Origin: Salpingoeca rosetta
Lineage: Eukaryota > Protista > Choanoflagellata
Direction of reading: 5' to 3'
DNA length: 64,000 bases
NCBI GenBank assembly: GCA_033442325.1
Contig: JAWQFM010000010.1
Span: 879,727-943,726, forward strand
In this document: piece after piece, positions 1-18,984 of the stretch
How the letters are laid out: every line of letters starts with the position of its first letter
Position numbering within the stretch: the stretch's first letter is position 1
Position numbers and translations under genes: made by a program
Notes under the pieces: model-generated
Seen by the model: the letters and a program-made list of their open reading frames with translations, nothing else
Told to the model about the DNA's origin: nothing
The model's database searches: none

Positions 1-485
1 CCTTCTGCCCTTGAACACCAGTCGCCAAACACATGCATGCGTTTGAAACGCTGGAAGACGCGCTCGTGTGGTGCGAGGACAGTTTCCTCCACAAGACGGA
101 CGCACGCGCCGCTCCATTTTGCAGCCGTCTCTCCCTTCAAGGTGGGTATTCCATGCACGCCAAGAAATCGCACGTTTGCATGCGCGCATGTGCGACTGTG
201 TCCGCCCACGCACATGCGCCCATGCTTATGTTTGTGCTTGGACAGTGCTGCTAGAGCGCTTTAATGTGAGTGTTGTTGTGCATTGCATCCCTTGACCGTT
301 CCTCTCTCTTCTTCTCTGCGCAGACGTGCTGTTGGGTTTTGCAATGGACCACGATGGCGAGCCATCCAGCAATCTGAGAGGTGAGGACTCTGCGCTCCGT
401 TTCAATCTTCATCGACATCAAGTCAACCGCCTGCTCGCTTTGCCTCGTGTGTGTTTGTGTGTGTGGGGTGTGTGCGTGTGTGTGT

Positions 486-523
<38 letters not shown>

Positions 524-1280
524 GTGTGCGTGTGTGTGCGCGCGCGTGTGTGTGTGTGTTTGACATAACTTCGTTTCTTGACATGGTGATTGTGTGCAAC
601 ACCGATCTTACGGCGACGTTTTGGCGCGTGTGTTTCCTTAGATTGTGTTGAGCGCACATGTCGACTATTCCGCACGCAGTCATTCGAAGCTGGCGATGTA
701 CGTGCGACGGAACTGTGACGAGCCATGTCTGCCTGCCTTGCACCTCTGTGCGTGTGTGATTGTGTGTGTGTGTGATTGTGTGTGTGTGATTGTGTGTGTG
801 TGTGTGATTGTGCTGTTCTCACGCTGAATTCGACCGTCCCCGACATTGACAGGTTATTTTCGCGGAGGGCGAGGACGGAGATGGGATGTACTTCGTGCTG
901 TCCGGTGAAGTCACGCTCTTGAAAGTGCAGGAGGAATTACGGCACCCGCACTCGTTCCAAAATCTTGGCGCTTTGCTCAAGGTAAGGCGATGTTTTGTTT
1001 CACATGGCGTTGTGTTGTGTTGTGTTGTGTTGTGTTGTGTTGTGCTGCTTGTTCATTCGTTAGTGCCAAGCGTCTTGGTTTGCTGTTGTCGTTGTCACCC
1101 TTTCCCATCGCGTTGACTCTCACCGCCCGCGCGCCTGTCGTCCACATCCTCATCACCGCCATCTCTGGCTGTTCCAACTAGCGCATCAAAGCGCGCTCGA
1201 GCCGCGTTGGCATTCGCCGCATCGCTGCCCGCCTCTCCGACGTCTCGCACGGACGCCTTCACAGCCACACGCAACACGAT

Positions 1281-1330
<50 letters not shown>

Positions 1331-2217
1331 CGAACCATCAGCATGGGTGCAGAACATGAGAAGTCGCGGCGGTGGTGTTGGTCCTGGCAATGGGCTGCGC
1401 CGCAAGGAACAACAGGGAGAGGACGAGAGCCAGCCCCTCATCCAAAGCGATGGCAGTGATGTGGAAGCGAGTGGCAGCTCTGTAATTGGACGCCAGCATG
1501 CGCACGACCACCCAGACAGCATCAGTGGCAGTCACATCAGTGATAGCAGCAGCGGCAGCAGTGCCAATACTGAGGATGCGAGTCGCGTTGTGACTCGCCG
1601 CTTCGTCTGTCACCCTGGCAGCTTGTTCGGTGCGTGCAGTTGTTGAACTACACTGTGCAATACGACGCTGGTGCTCTGCGTGGAAAATTGAGGCAGGCTT
1701 TGTGAAATGTGTAGGACCACATCATCCATCCCAAACCCACCCCAAAACTCACACTCACACCATACTCACGCTGACCCACACGCACGCTCGCGCCAACAGG
1801 GGAGGTGTCGTTTGTGCTTCGTCAACCGCGGGATTTTCGTGCCGTCGCGAAGACGCGCTGCAGAGTTTCGTGCCTCAGCAGGTGTGTGCTTGTGCATGGG
1901 TGCGTGCGTGTGCGTGTGTGTGTATGTGAAGCAGAAACTCACACATGCACGTTTGCATGCTTTGCGCCGAGGGCATGTTTTCACGTGCATGCGAGATAAC
2001 ATGTGTGTGTTGCGGTGTTTGTTGCAGTGTATTTCGTGTACCTCACCTGCAAGCCTGCGCATGCGTGTCTCTCATGGTGTGCAACGAACGCAACAGGGCC
2101 GCGTTTGATGCACTGCAGAACAGGAGCGGCGACGATCGATTCCAGCTGCTGTCCGCCATTGTGACGCGCAGCCTCGCCCTCATGCTACAAAACAACGACG
2201 AAACATTCTTCGTTTGA
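1..2217 (+). CDS. 3' part of a multi-exon SulP/SLC26-like (yeast Vsb1-like architecture) protein with a C-terminal cyclic-nucleotide-binding (CNB) domain; 5' end is outside the window
   Basis: The spliced exons give FETLEDALVWCEDSFL (resembles the end of STAS in SulP-CNB proteins), QSFEAGDVIFAEGEDGDGMYFVLSGEVTLL (CNB beta strands) and HPGSLFGEVSFVLRQPRDFRAVA (phosphate-binding cassette). Stop TGA is at 2215-2217. The CNB call is solid; the SulP call rests on one motif. Confidence 0.65.
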
Positions 2218-2226
2218 ACACACTGC

Positions 2227-2319
<93 letters not shown>

Positions 2320-2454
2320 ACGAGCGTATTAATCACAACTTCTCTAGCGGAACCCTGGCAAAAACCAAAACACGCGTGACATAAAAACCGACAATAAACA
2401 CATTCGGAACAAAGATCTGAAAAAAGAAACCCGTAAATACTCCCCTGAAAATTA

Positions 2455-2554
2455 NNNNNNNNNNNNNNNNNNNNNNNNNNNNNNNNNNNNNNNNNNNNNN
2501 NNNNNNNNNNNNNNNNNNNNNNNNNNNNNNNNNNNNNNNNNNNNNNNNNNNNNN
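2455..2554. other. Assembly gap (100 N)
   Basis: Run of N characters, with an A-rich, low-quality-looking flank at ~2317-2454. Confidence 0.99.
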
Positions 2555-2676
2555 CTTGTGATTGTGTCTAACAGGCCCCTTCCATTCGTAAAGTTTGTAC
2601 TGGAGCAGTGTAGCAATCGCCACCTGCATGTGCCATAGAGTATGTAGACAAGACACGCACTGCATCACACCATGTA

Positions 2677-2731
<55 letters not shown>

Positions 2732-2834
2732 CTACATCACAAAGAGGCGAAAAGGGAACAAGGACCCGTAGCATCAACGCAGGGCAGTGCACGCTCATCA
2801 TCAATCGGAGCATGAAGCACAGTTGTTGTTGCGG

Positions 2835-3383
2835 CTATGATCGCTTCGCAGACTTGAACGACCGCAAAGGGTCCTGGGCAGACCGCCTCTTACCGCTCTT
2901 GGCCCCACCACCACCACCACGACCACCACCACGACCACCACCGCGACCAGCACCACGACCAGCACCACGACCACGCCCCCTGCCACGACCTCCACGGCCA
3001 CCACGGCCACCACCACCACCACCACGGCCACCGCCACGACCACCATCACTGTTGCCGCCTTTGCTGTTCTTGTTCTTCTTCTTGGACACACGAAGCCGCT
3101 GTGCATCTGTGGATTTGGGCTTGAGGTAAAATGGTAAATCCTTCAAGTGCGGCTTGATGTCCTTGACGTCATGCAGAACCGTGTCATGTCGCAACACCTG
3201 CAGATCGCGCGGGTTCTCCACAAAGTGTGCCTGCAGGCAAGGAATACACAAAGGGGAAGGGAGGGTTGAGCGATTGGGAGGTGTGAGGAAGAAGCGTGGG
3301 TTGGGTTCAGGATGCGATAGCCAGTACGCCAATACATCCGCAGCAGAGGCAGTTGTGTGTGTATGTGCACATGCGTGTGACTG

Positions 3384-3448
<65 letters not shown>

Positions 3449-6400
3449 GCATACACACAAAAGCGCACGCGCACGCAGACGCCCACCTTGAGTGTTTCTG
3501 AGTTGAGGAGCTGGAGCTCAATGTCGCGGCGGATGGCGAGGTCGATGTCACGCTTCGTCACGTGCGCAATGGCATCGTCGACACGATACTTGAGCGGCTT
3601 CACAACGTCCACCTGGTCATGCAGTGAAGCGACGTGAAGGTGGTGAACAGCAGACAAAATTGTGGTGGTGTTCGGGTGTGAGTACATCACGTATGCAATG
3701 AACGCACGATGAATGCATGACAGCACCACCCGATACGTGCAGCAGGTGTGTCAGCCACAAAGTGATCCTCTAAATCACAGTCACTTGTCGTCAATGGCAC
3801 ACTCCCCCCTCACACACCTTAATCGTGTATGGCTTGATAATTTCCCCATCCTGCGCATCAATCTCAGTCTCTGCCTTGCCACCCTCATCATTGCCATCCA
3901 CATCCTCGTCGTCATCGTCTTGTGCCTTTGCCTGCTCCTGCAGAAACTTCTCCACCCTGTGCAACGCGGACCGCTGTCGCGGATCAACAAATGACAGCGC
4001 AATCCCGCTCTGCCGCCCCCGAGCAGTGCTATACGCGTGTTGGTGTTGAGTGGTTGGTGAGAACGAGGGGAGGTGGTGAGGAGGGGTTGAATAACACGCA
4101 TACAGCCCAAACAGACACGCACATATGCACACGCACGCACACACACGCACACGCACACACACACACACACAAACATGTGGACGGGAAGCTCACCGGCCAA
4201 CGCGGTGGACGTATCGCTCGACGGTGGGCGGGAAATCAAAGTTGACGACATTGGTGACGTCCTTGAAGTCGACGCCACGCACAACACCGTACTCATTGTC
4301 GCTCGCAACAAACCTGGAGCAGGGACGAGGACACGGAAGAGGAGAGGAGGGAGGAGTGATGCTGAGTGCTAGAGTGATGTTGTGGGTCAATTGAAAGCAG
4401 TTGCATTGCACTCAACGGTGTGTGTGTGTGTGTGCTGTGTGTGCTCAGTGTGTGTGTGTGCTGTGTGTGTGTGTGTGTGTGTGTGCGTGTGTGCGGCTGG
4501 GAGGATGCATGGGAGACGCCAAGCATCAATAACATAAGGGATGCTGTCCGTACTTTGCGTTGCGCGGTTTGATCTTCTTGCCCTGATTACCATCTACAGA
4601 TGGCGCATGTGCACATGAACCGTGAATTAGAAAACAACACACGAAGGCAGGCAGGCACACACATACAAACAAACAAACACGCACGCACATACACACGCAC
4701 ACGCACATACACACATACACACACGCATACGCACATACACACATGCACATAGCCAAGCAAGACATTTGGGCGAGGCATGTTGGCTCATCACATCCCAAGA
4801 GCAACGACACCGCACCAGTCTCGTCGGAAGCGATGATAATGTCGTAGATGCCCTTGTTGAACTGCGTGACAATGTGGCGGCGGCTGTTGGCGGGGAGCCG
4901 CGAGTTCAGCGCACACGAGCGGATGGAAAACTTCTCAAGAAACAGCTTCAGCTTGTAGCATTCGTTGACCGTGTTCACAAACACCAGCGTCTTGCCCGAC
5001 AGGAGCTTCAGTGCGAGCAGGGCGTAGAAGTTGAGATATTTGTCTTCGTCATTGCACACGAGCGCGTGCTGTTTCAGCTGCTCGTCATCGGGGAGATCCG
5101 ACTCCTCAAGTTTGATGATGGCCGGCGACCGCAGCACAATGTGGCTCTTCAGCGCCTGGATGTCCTCGCTCATCGTCGCGCTCTGCCGACACGGTGTGGG
5201 GGTGGAGCGTGTGAGTATGAGTATGAGTGGAGGGTGTACGTTTTGTGTTGTGTTGTGTTGTGTTGTGTTGTGTTGTGTTGTGTTGTGTGTGTTTGTGTAC
5301 GTTTTGTGTTGTGTTGTGTTTGTGTGTTTGTGTGTGTGTGTGTGTGTTTGTTTGTTTGTGAGGACTGTGTGGTGTCAGTTGTGCGTTGTGCATTTTTGGT
5401 GGTGTGCGTTCATGGTGATTGAAAGAGGCAAAAGGCAGCGTCAAGAGACACGAGTGACATTGTATCGTACCAGGAGAATGGTCTGCTTGACGGATGGCAG
5501 GACGGTTGAGAGCTGTCGTACGGCATCGTCGTGCCCATATGTGAGGATGAGATCTGCTTCGTCGAGCACTAGCATCTTAAAGTCGTCTGTCACAACCACT
5601 CGCTGTGAGTCAGTCAAACAGAGCAAAGTTGGGATGAATAGGTGAATCGAGGAATGCGTGTGGACAGAAAGCAGCTTGCAACAAGCGGGTACAACGTGAG
5701 TGACTGGGACACACGCACACGTGCAGACAATGGCGTGCATTGTGCACGTGCAGGGCTTACTGCACGCGTCCATTTGGCCATACAAAGCATACACAACAGC
5801 GAGACGCCTCACAAAACCACACAGCATATATCCAAGCACACGCCATCAACAACAGCATGATGGGGGAGAGTCACACCTTCTCCAGGATCTTGGAGAGAAC
5901 AGTGGTTGGCGTGGCAACAACAATATCCGGCAGGTCCGTCAGCAGTGACCTGGCAGAAACAAGGGGATGTATGGTTGATACATGAGCCATACAGATAGTT
6001 AACGTTGGGCCTGGCCCCCTTGCCACAAACGCTCCCCATGACACTCTCAAACAGTCTCCACAATCCCACCACCGTCATGTGAGCTTCGCAGCATCAGGGG
6101 CACTTACGCGTCATCCATCTTCTTGCGAGAGCGGGAGGACGAGGCTGATGCAACGACGGAGACGACACTCACTTGTTGCTCGCAGTGTGCTGCAATTTGC
6201 TGTCAAACGCCATGCAAGCATGGAATTGTGGGGTGGAGAGTGGAGGGAAGATATCGGGGATGAATACGTGCCTGTTGCGCAGCCGCAACACATGATTTCA
6301 AAACACAGGGAGAGGTGCAGCCACAAACACAGACATTGACAAGACAGGCAGACACACACAAACAGTTAGATACACACACACACACACACACGCACACACA

Positions 6401-6889
6401 CTCACGCGCACAGACTCACACGCACACAGACTCACGCACAGACTCACACGCACACAGACTCACGCACAGACTCACACGCACACACAGACTCACGTACACA
6501 CACGCGCACACGCACACACACGCACACACGCACACACATGCACCTACCTTGAGTGTGTCTGCAGTTTGGTCCACCAGCTCCTTGGTGGGAACAAGAACAA
6601 GGGCGAGAATTCCATGATCCTCACCGCCAGAGGCTGTTGTTGCGCGTTCCTCCTTCGCCTTGAGCACTGCGTTGATGAGCGGCAGGGCGTATGCGCCTGT
6701 CTTGCCAGAGCCTGTGCGGGCGCGGGCGAGGATGTCGCGGCCCTCCAGCGCACACGTGATGACGGCACGCTGAATAGCGGTAGGCCTTGACCAGCCCATT
6801 CGCTGCGATGCCTTGGCTGTCCTGGGGTCAAGCCCCAAGGACCCCCACGATGTAGACTTCTTCTTGCTCCCTTTCGCTGCTGCGCTCAT
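2835..6889 (-). CDS. DDX56: DEAD-box RNA helicase DDX56/DBP9 (multi-exon), with an RGG-rich C-terminal tail
   Basis: Q motif GWSRPTAIQ, Walker [23 protein letters not shown], spliced [25 protein letters not shown]9-typical segments [26 protein letters not shown] and C-terminal DPLRSF. ATG at 6889. Confidence 0.93.
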
Positions 6890-7009
6890 GATCGGCTGTG
6901 TGCTGTTTGGGGTGTAGCAGGTGCACGTGTGTTTGGCGGCCTCCGAATGGCTGGGTGCACAGGGAATACATTTTTTGCTGTCGGGTTTCACCCCAACTGC
7001 CTGCCTGCC

Positions 7010-12814
<5,805 letters not shown>

Positions 12815-13243
12815 TACAACACGCAGTCATATGATGACAAGCAGTCGCGTCATGTCATGTCCTTTGTGCTGCTGTTGTCTGTCTGTTTTTGTTTCTTTGT
12901 TCCTTCACGCAACGCGGCGCGTGTGTGTCTTCAACACCCGTCCATGTTTGTGTGCTTCTTTGCATTGTTAATTGGGTTGTCTGCTCCCCAAAGTCCATTG
13001 TTCTCATGCGTGTGCGCGCGTATGTGTGCGTTCACGCGTAAACCGTTACCGTGACTGTGTGACAGCAGCCATCTACTTGATACCGCATGCTACACCACAC
13101 AGAGGAGGAAAGGGGGTTACTATGAACAGTTGCTGTGCATGTGCATGTGCATGCGTGTGCATGTACATGTGTGTGTGTGTTCGTGTGTGTTCGTGTGCAT
13201 ACACAAACACATGCAAGCAAACGGGTGCACATTTGCGGGCGCG

Positions 13244-13482
13244 CTACAGCTCGTCGTGGTGCGAGGGAAGGTTGAGGTGTGCAGTGACCCCGGCAACAAT
13301 GCGAGCAGCAGCACCATCGGGTAAGGCAACCCGTTTTCGCCCAACACCGCGCTCATCCGGCACCAGCGGAGAGAGCGAATACGACAGGTCCTAGTGTGCA
13401 TGATTTCGGAAGGAGGGGATGATTATGGTGATCACGGTGGTGAGAAGACAGGGGTACGTACTGTGTGCAAGTACAGAACAGA

Positions 13483-13521
<39 letters not shown>

Positions 13522-14053
13522 GCCGCTCGCAAAGGACTAATCCTCAATCATACTCTCATGCACATGGCCGCGCACATCTCGAAAAAAAGTGCAGCCCTCG
13601 TCAACACCCCCATGTGCAGGCTCACCAGGGCAAGGGCGAGGTGGCGGTAGTGTTGCGTGTGCGTTGTGTTGAATCCGATTTCAAATAACGCGGCGCCTGA
13701 CGGGCAGAAGATGACGTTTGCCAACGCACCACCGTGCACCCCAACAACAACCTGCCAATGACATGTGTGTGCGTGTGTTGTGTGTGTGTGTGTGTTGTGT
13801 GTTGTGTGTTGTGTCGGTTCGAGAGGTCGAACACAACAATGCATTCAACCTCCTCCCAGAGAATAGCTGTCACATATCGTTGATGTGGTGAAGCAGGAGA
13901 CCTACGTCTGCTTGGCTGAAGAGAGCGATGGTGTTGGCAATGGGCATTTCCTGTCCGCGAAACACAACGACACGCGCGTGGTTGCCAACAGCCGTCTCAA
14001 TGGCGCCAATCAACGCATCCTCCTCGTCCAAGATCCGCATGCGCTCCGTCTAG

Positions 14054-14100
<47 letters not shown>

Positions 14101-14639
14101 GTAGTGGTGGTGGTGGTGGTGGTGGTGGTGAGGCGTGCGTGTGTCATTGTGGACATAATTTGGTTTGCTTCGCCGCTGCTACCCTGCTGTGTTCGGGTAC
14201 TTCCTGTCGGCCTTCTCATGCCACATGTCCGCGTGTTGCGTCATACACACCTTGCGTGATGCAATGATGATGAGTGGGCGGTCTGCGTGTGTGTGTACGG
14301 ACGGCAGCACGGCCTTCACGGCGTCGTTCGCCGTCATTGTGTCACGCACGCGTCGCAGCAGCCAGCGCGGGGCGAGCGCATGTGTCTGTACGTCGCTGCC
14401 GTCGTCGGTTGTCTGCCAGTCAACAATATGAAGCGTCTCAATCTGCAGACACCACGCGCAGCATGTGCAATTGTGAGCGTGAATGTGGGTGAGTGTAATG
14501 TAAGTATGTGTGTGTATGTGTGTGTATGTGTGTTTGTTTGTTTGTTGTTTGTATCATGAGCACGCCTGAATACGCATGTGGAGGCTTGCTGTCACGAGAA
14601 AAAAAAAACACACACACACACACACAATGCCCAGTATAC

Positions 14640-14705
<66 letters not shown>

Positions 14706-15301
14706 GCACACACAACTCACGCGCAGTCGGATGTCGTTGAAACCAGACTTTGTGTCGTACGGGAACACGCGGGCGGCAACGGTGGACGGGAGGAGGTCGA
14801 GGTATTGCGTGATGAACTTGTTTCCCGTGTCGTCTTGCGGCAGCACAAGCGGCGTCGTCTGCAGCATCGGCCGGATCGTGTTACACACAGCAATGTGTGT
14901 GAGTGTGTATTTGTGTGTGCAAATATGTGTGTGTGCATGAGTGCATGTTTGTTCACACAAAGTGGATTGAGCTCAAACACACACACACACACACACGCGC
15001 GCGCACATACACATACACACATTAACACGCACACTCACACACTTGTGCAGGGACCAGCCAAACACGTCCCACCTCTGGTGTGAGGTCGATGAGGACGAGG
15101 AGCCGGCCGAGCGCTTCCGTGAGAAAGTGGAAGTAAGAGCGCACCGCATACGAGACGACAGTCGCCGCACTCGTAAGCAGCGGTACCTGGCACCGGGACG
15201 ATTGGGTTGAGGTGAGGGGAAGTGGGGAGGATGTGGTAGACGGTGAAGGCAAGGAAAGGCAGGTTTGATGGATAATGTCGCTTGGACAGCAGGGGAACTA
15301 G

Positions 15302-15375
<74 letters not shown>

Positions 15376-16708
15376 TAAATATATACGCGCCCACACATCT
15401 TCACACGCGTACACACATCCACATATGTCGCCCCTCCCCCCCCCCCACCATGCACTGTGCTGCACCTGTTGGGGCTGCTGCATGCCGTGATTCGGGAGGC
15501 GACCGCGACTGAAGTCGAAGAACTGCCCGCTGCTGTACTCGTCCCACACCGGCTGCACCTGCACATTCGCCAACACATTCACATACACGCCTGATGCGAC
15601 GAAAGGGGAGGGGGGGGGTGGATCGGGATGACGTCGTGAGATGGGAGTAAGTCGTGTCTGTTGCTTGGCGCTGACTGTACGTAGGGCGTCTTATTCGCTT
15701 GAACGAACGCACACGCACACACACACACATACACACACACGCACACACACACACACGCACGGACACATTGGCTCACCTGCTGATCCAAGCTGGAGCCAGC
15801 AGTCGGTGTTGTGTGTGGGCGATGGCGCAATTAGACCGTCGTTGCCAAACAGCGCCGCATTTGGCAGCGTGATGTGCCAGACGGTACCCTGCTCCATGAG
15901 TTGGTTCGTTGCACGGCAGTCGTGAGTATGTGAGCATGTGCGTGGTTGTACACGAGGGAGACTTGATACTGGCTGCAGCAGTACGCACACACATAACAAA
16001 CACACACACACATAACAAACACACATGAACACACACACCAATGCACACATGAGCACACGAAAACACACACACACACACACATGACCATACACATGAACAC
16101 ATGCACATGGCGTCACTGCAGGCTGCGAGCACCATCCCACAGCTTCACCTGTGTGTATGTCTGTGTTGCAACACCATCGTCCTCGCTTGGTGTTGGCGAC
16201 AGCAGGCGCACACTCCCGCTGAACCTGGCATATGGGGGGGGGGGCAAATGAAGCACAAAGTACGTGTTTGAGCAAGCAAACGCAAACGCAAACGCAAACG
16301 CAAACGTTGGGCAAACAACCAAACAAAGCCAAACGAACTTGTGCTCTGAGTCGAGCCTCTGGACGCGGGTGCCGGGAGGCATGTTCCTACGGCGCCAGCC
16401 CGTGTAGAGGCGGTCTGATTGCGTACAACGCCATCCACGCGCACGTGCGCCCGCAACAAACCCGCGGTGGGCGATATGCGCTGCCTGTGGTTGAGGTTAA
16501 CGGGGAACGGCGTGTTTGGACACAGTGAGCATGCAAGAAAGCCGTTGTAAACGGGCAGTGGGCAGGTAGTGGCGTGGTGCACGTGATGTGACCGACACAG
16601 TATGAACAACACAAACACCAGTGCTCATGTACAATGTACATGTGCACACACACACACACACACGCACGCACACACGCACACACGCACACACGCACACATC
16701 CACGCATG

Positions 16709-16753
<45 letters not shown>

Positions 16754-17234
16754 GCTGCTTCCACCTGCTCGAAATGCTGGTGGGCAGTTGCTTGCAGGGA
16801 CGGGTCTGTCTCGGACTTCATCAGAAGCATGGTTGCAATGCCGCTGTGCGTTTCTGGGGAAGGGATCATGGCCAGCTGCTTCTGCGCCCACTCCAGCGCC
16901 TCCGTGATGTTGCCCTGTGGTGGGGCGGTGGGAGAGGTGCAAACACACACACACACAGAGTGGAAAGCGCGCAGGACAATGAGCGCCAGGACAACCCTCC
17001 GGCATTGCAAGGTGCGTGCTAGCGCACGGACAAAGCCGCATGCACACTGCAGTGCAAGGCATGCGAAAACGTGTGCTGACGATACCTGGCCAGCATTGTA
17101 GGCCTTGTCGCGGTTGACGCTCAGCCGTCCAAACCGACAGTCCTGTGATGTGCGATGCACGAATAAAATGAACCAGAGGCGTGGCAAGTGTATGGCATCA
17201 CGCTGTAGGAGACGGTGTCGTGCGAAAGCCGTGG

Positions 17235-17286
<52 letters not shown>

Positions 17287-18208
17287 ACACACACACCACA
17301 CACAAACACAAACAAACAAGCAAACAAACAAGCAAACAAACAAACAAACAAGCAAACAAGCAAACACGGGACACTGGGATGGGGAAGCAGAAGAGGAAGC
17401 AGCGTGGTGTTCAAACGCCCTTGATGTGCACCAGGACGCAATGTTTGTGTAGGAGACACGCACCCTCATTTTGGCGGCCACCACGGCGTGCATTTGCACG
17501 TCATCAGCAGAGAGTCGCTTCAGCACCTGCTCCCAATACTCGAGGCAGTGATCAAACCTGAACGCACAAGCGTGGATCAGTGTACGGGTCACGGACATTG
17601 AGGAAGCGGGGTTTTAGTAAGTGCGGCAGCAACACAACGCACAGCCTGGGGAAGCGAGCCAATAGTACGACATGAAAGCAGGCAATGCAGCAACGCACCG
17701 CTGCGAGTTGTAAGAGTAGATGGCCATGTTGGCAAAGGCCTGCGGGTCGTGGGGGTCGATGGTGACTGCTCTTTCGAAGGCCTCAAAGGCCAGCTGTGAG
17801 GGATGTGAGCGTGGGTGACTTGTGATGAAGAAGGGTTGCAGAAACCAGGCGTACACAAGACAAGGCTTCGACCAGCACCTTGGTTGGCTTCCATACACCG
17901 CTCGCAGCAATCATACACACTAACTGCACTGACCACACACCTTGCAGACCACACACACTGCACACTAAGCGCACACACACACACTGCACGCACACACACA
18001 CACACACACACTGCACACACACACACTGCACACGTACTGCGTGCTCCCGTTCCGATGCATCGAGCTGGCCTTGGTTGTGGTAGTACGCGGCTTGCTTGGC
18101 GTGCGATATGATGGCATCACACTCTGCATCATACCTTGCACTGCCAATGCACACGGATGTGCAACAACACAAAAGCAAGCACAAGCCAAGCAGCACCGCT
18201 GTCATCAT
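13244..18208 (-). CDS. ER-lumenal TPR-containing GT61 (DUF563/EOGT-family-like) glycosyltransferase with a C-terminal HDEL
   Basis: Signal peptide MMTAVLLGLCLLLCCCTSVCIG. TPR-like AFEAFERAVTIDPHDPQAFANMAIYSY. GT61 motifs SYFHFLTEALGRL and VVVGVHGGALANVIFC...HYRHLALAL. The last exon (13392-13244) reads DLSYSLSPLVPDERG...NLPSHHDEL*. Confidence 0.8.
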
Positions 18209-18814
18209 CGTCCGTTCCACAGAGGTGGTCGCGACAGCACAAAAAGAACTGCCGGGCTTGTGCTTGAATCTGCTTTGAAAATGAGTGACTTGGCTGATTT
18301 GCGGCTGCCCGCTAAATAGCATTTCTTGCGCCGACGCCAACTCACCGCTGCTGCTGTTGGTGTTTGGTGAGCGCAACGCGCGTTGTTTGTTTGTGCTGAG
18401 GTGTGTTTGTTGTTGGGATGTTGGGATGATGCTGAGTGGTGCTGGCGGGCGGTGCTGCTGGTGGAACAGCAAGCACTCTTGTTGAGTGAGTGTGTGTGAG
18501 AGAGGCTGACTTGCCCTGGGGATGGTCACTGCTGGGGATACTGTTGGTGCACCCTTGCTGCTGCACCTCAGGCTGCTGTGTCAGATATGAAGTGTCGAAG
18601 CACACACTCTTTTTGTTGTCATGGCTGTATGGAATATGTATCGTACCTTGTCTTGCTCACATGTTTCACGCCCATGCTTGTACGTTTGTGTTTGCACAGA
18701 CGCTGCCTCAGCGGAGCTTGCGAGCCTATCCAGAGCCCTCCTCCCCCTCCTCCCAGTTTAACACGCCAAGGGATTTGTTTGCTTGCCTCGTCACATCATC
18801 GTCATTTATTCACC

Positions 18815-18941
18815 ATGAACGACGACGCCATTGTGAAGCAGGGGTGGCTGCGCAAGTCACCCCCTGCCGGTGTCATGAAAGCATGGAAGAAGCGCTACTT
18901 CTGCCTCAAACGCAAGGTGTGTGTGTGTGCGTGTGCGCGTG

Positions 18942-18984
<43 letters not shown>

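Noticed and set aside
2317-2454. A-rich atypical sequence suggesting foreign DNA
   Set aside because: It lies between a GT microsatellite and the N gap, typical of a low-quality read end.
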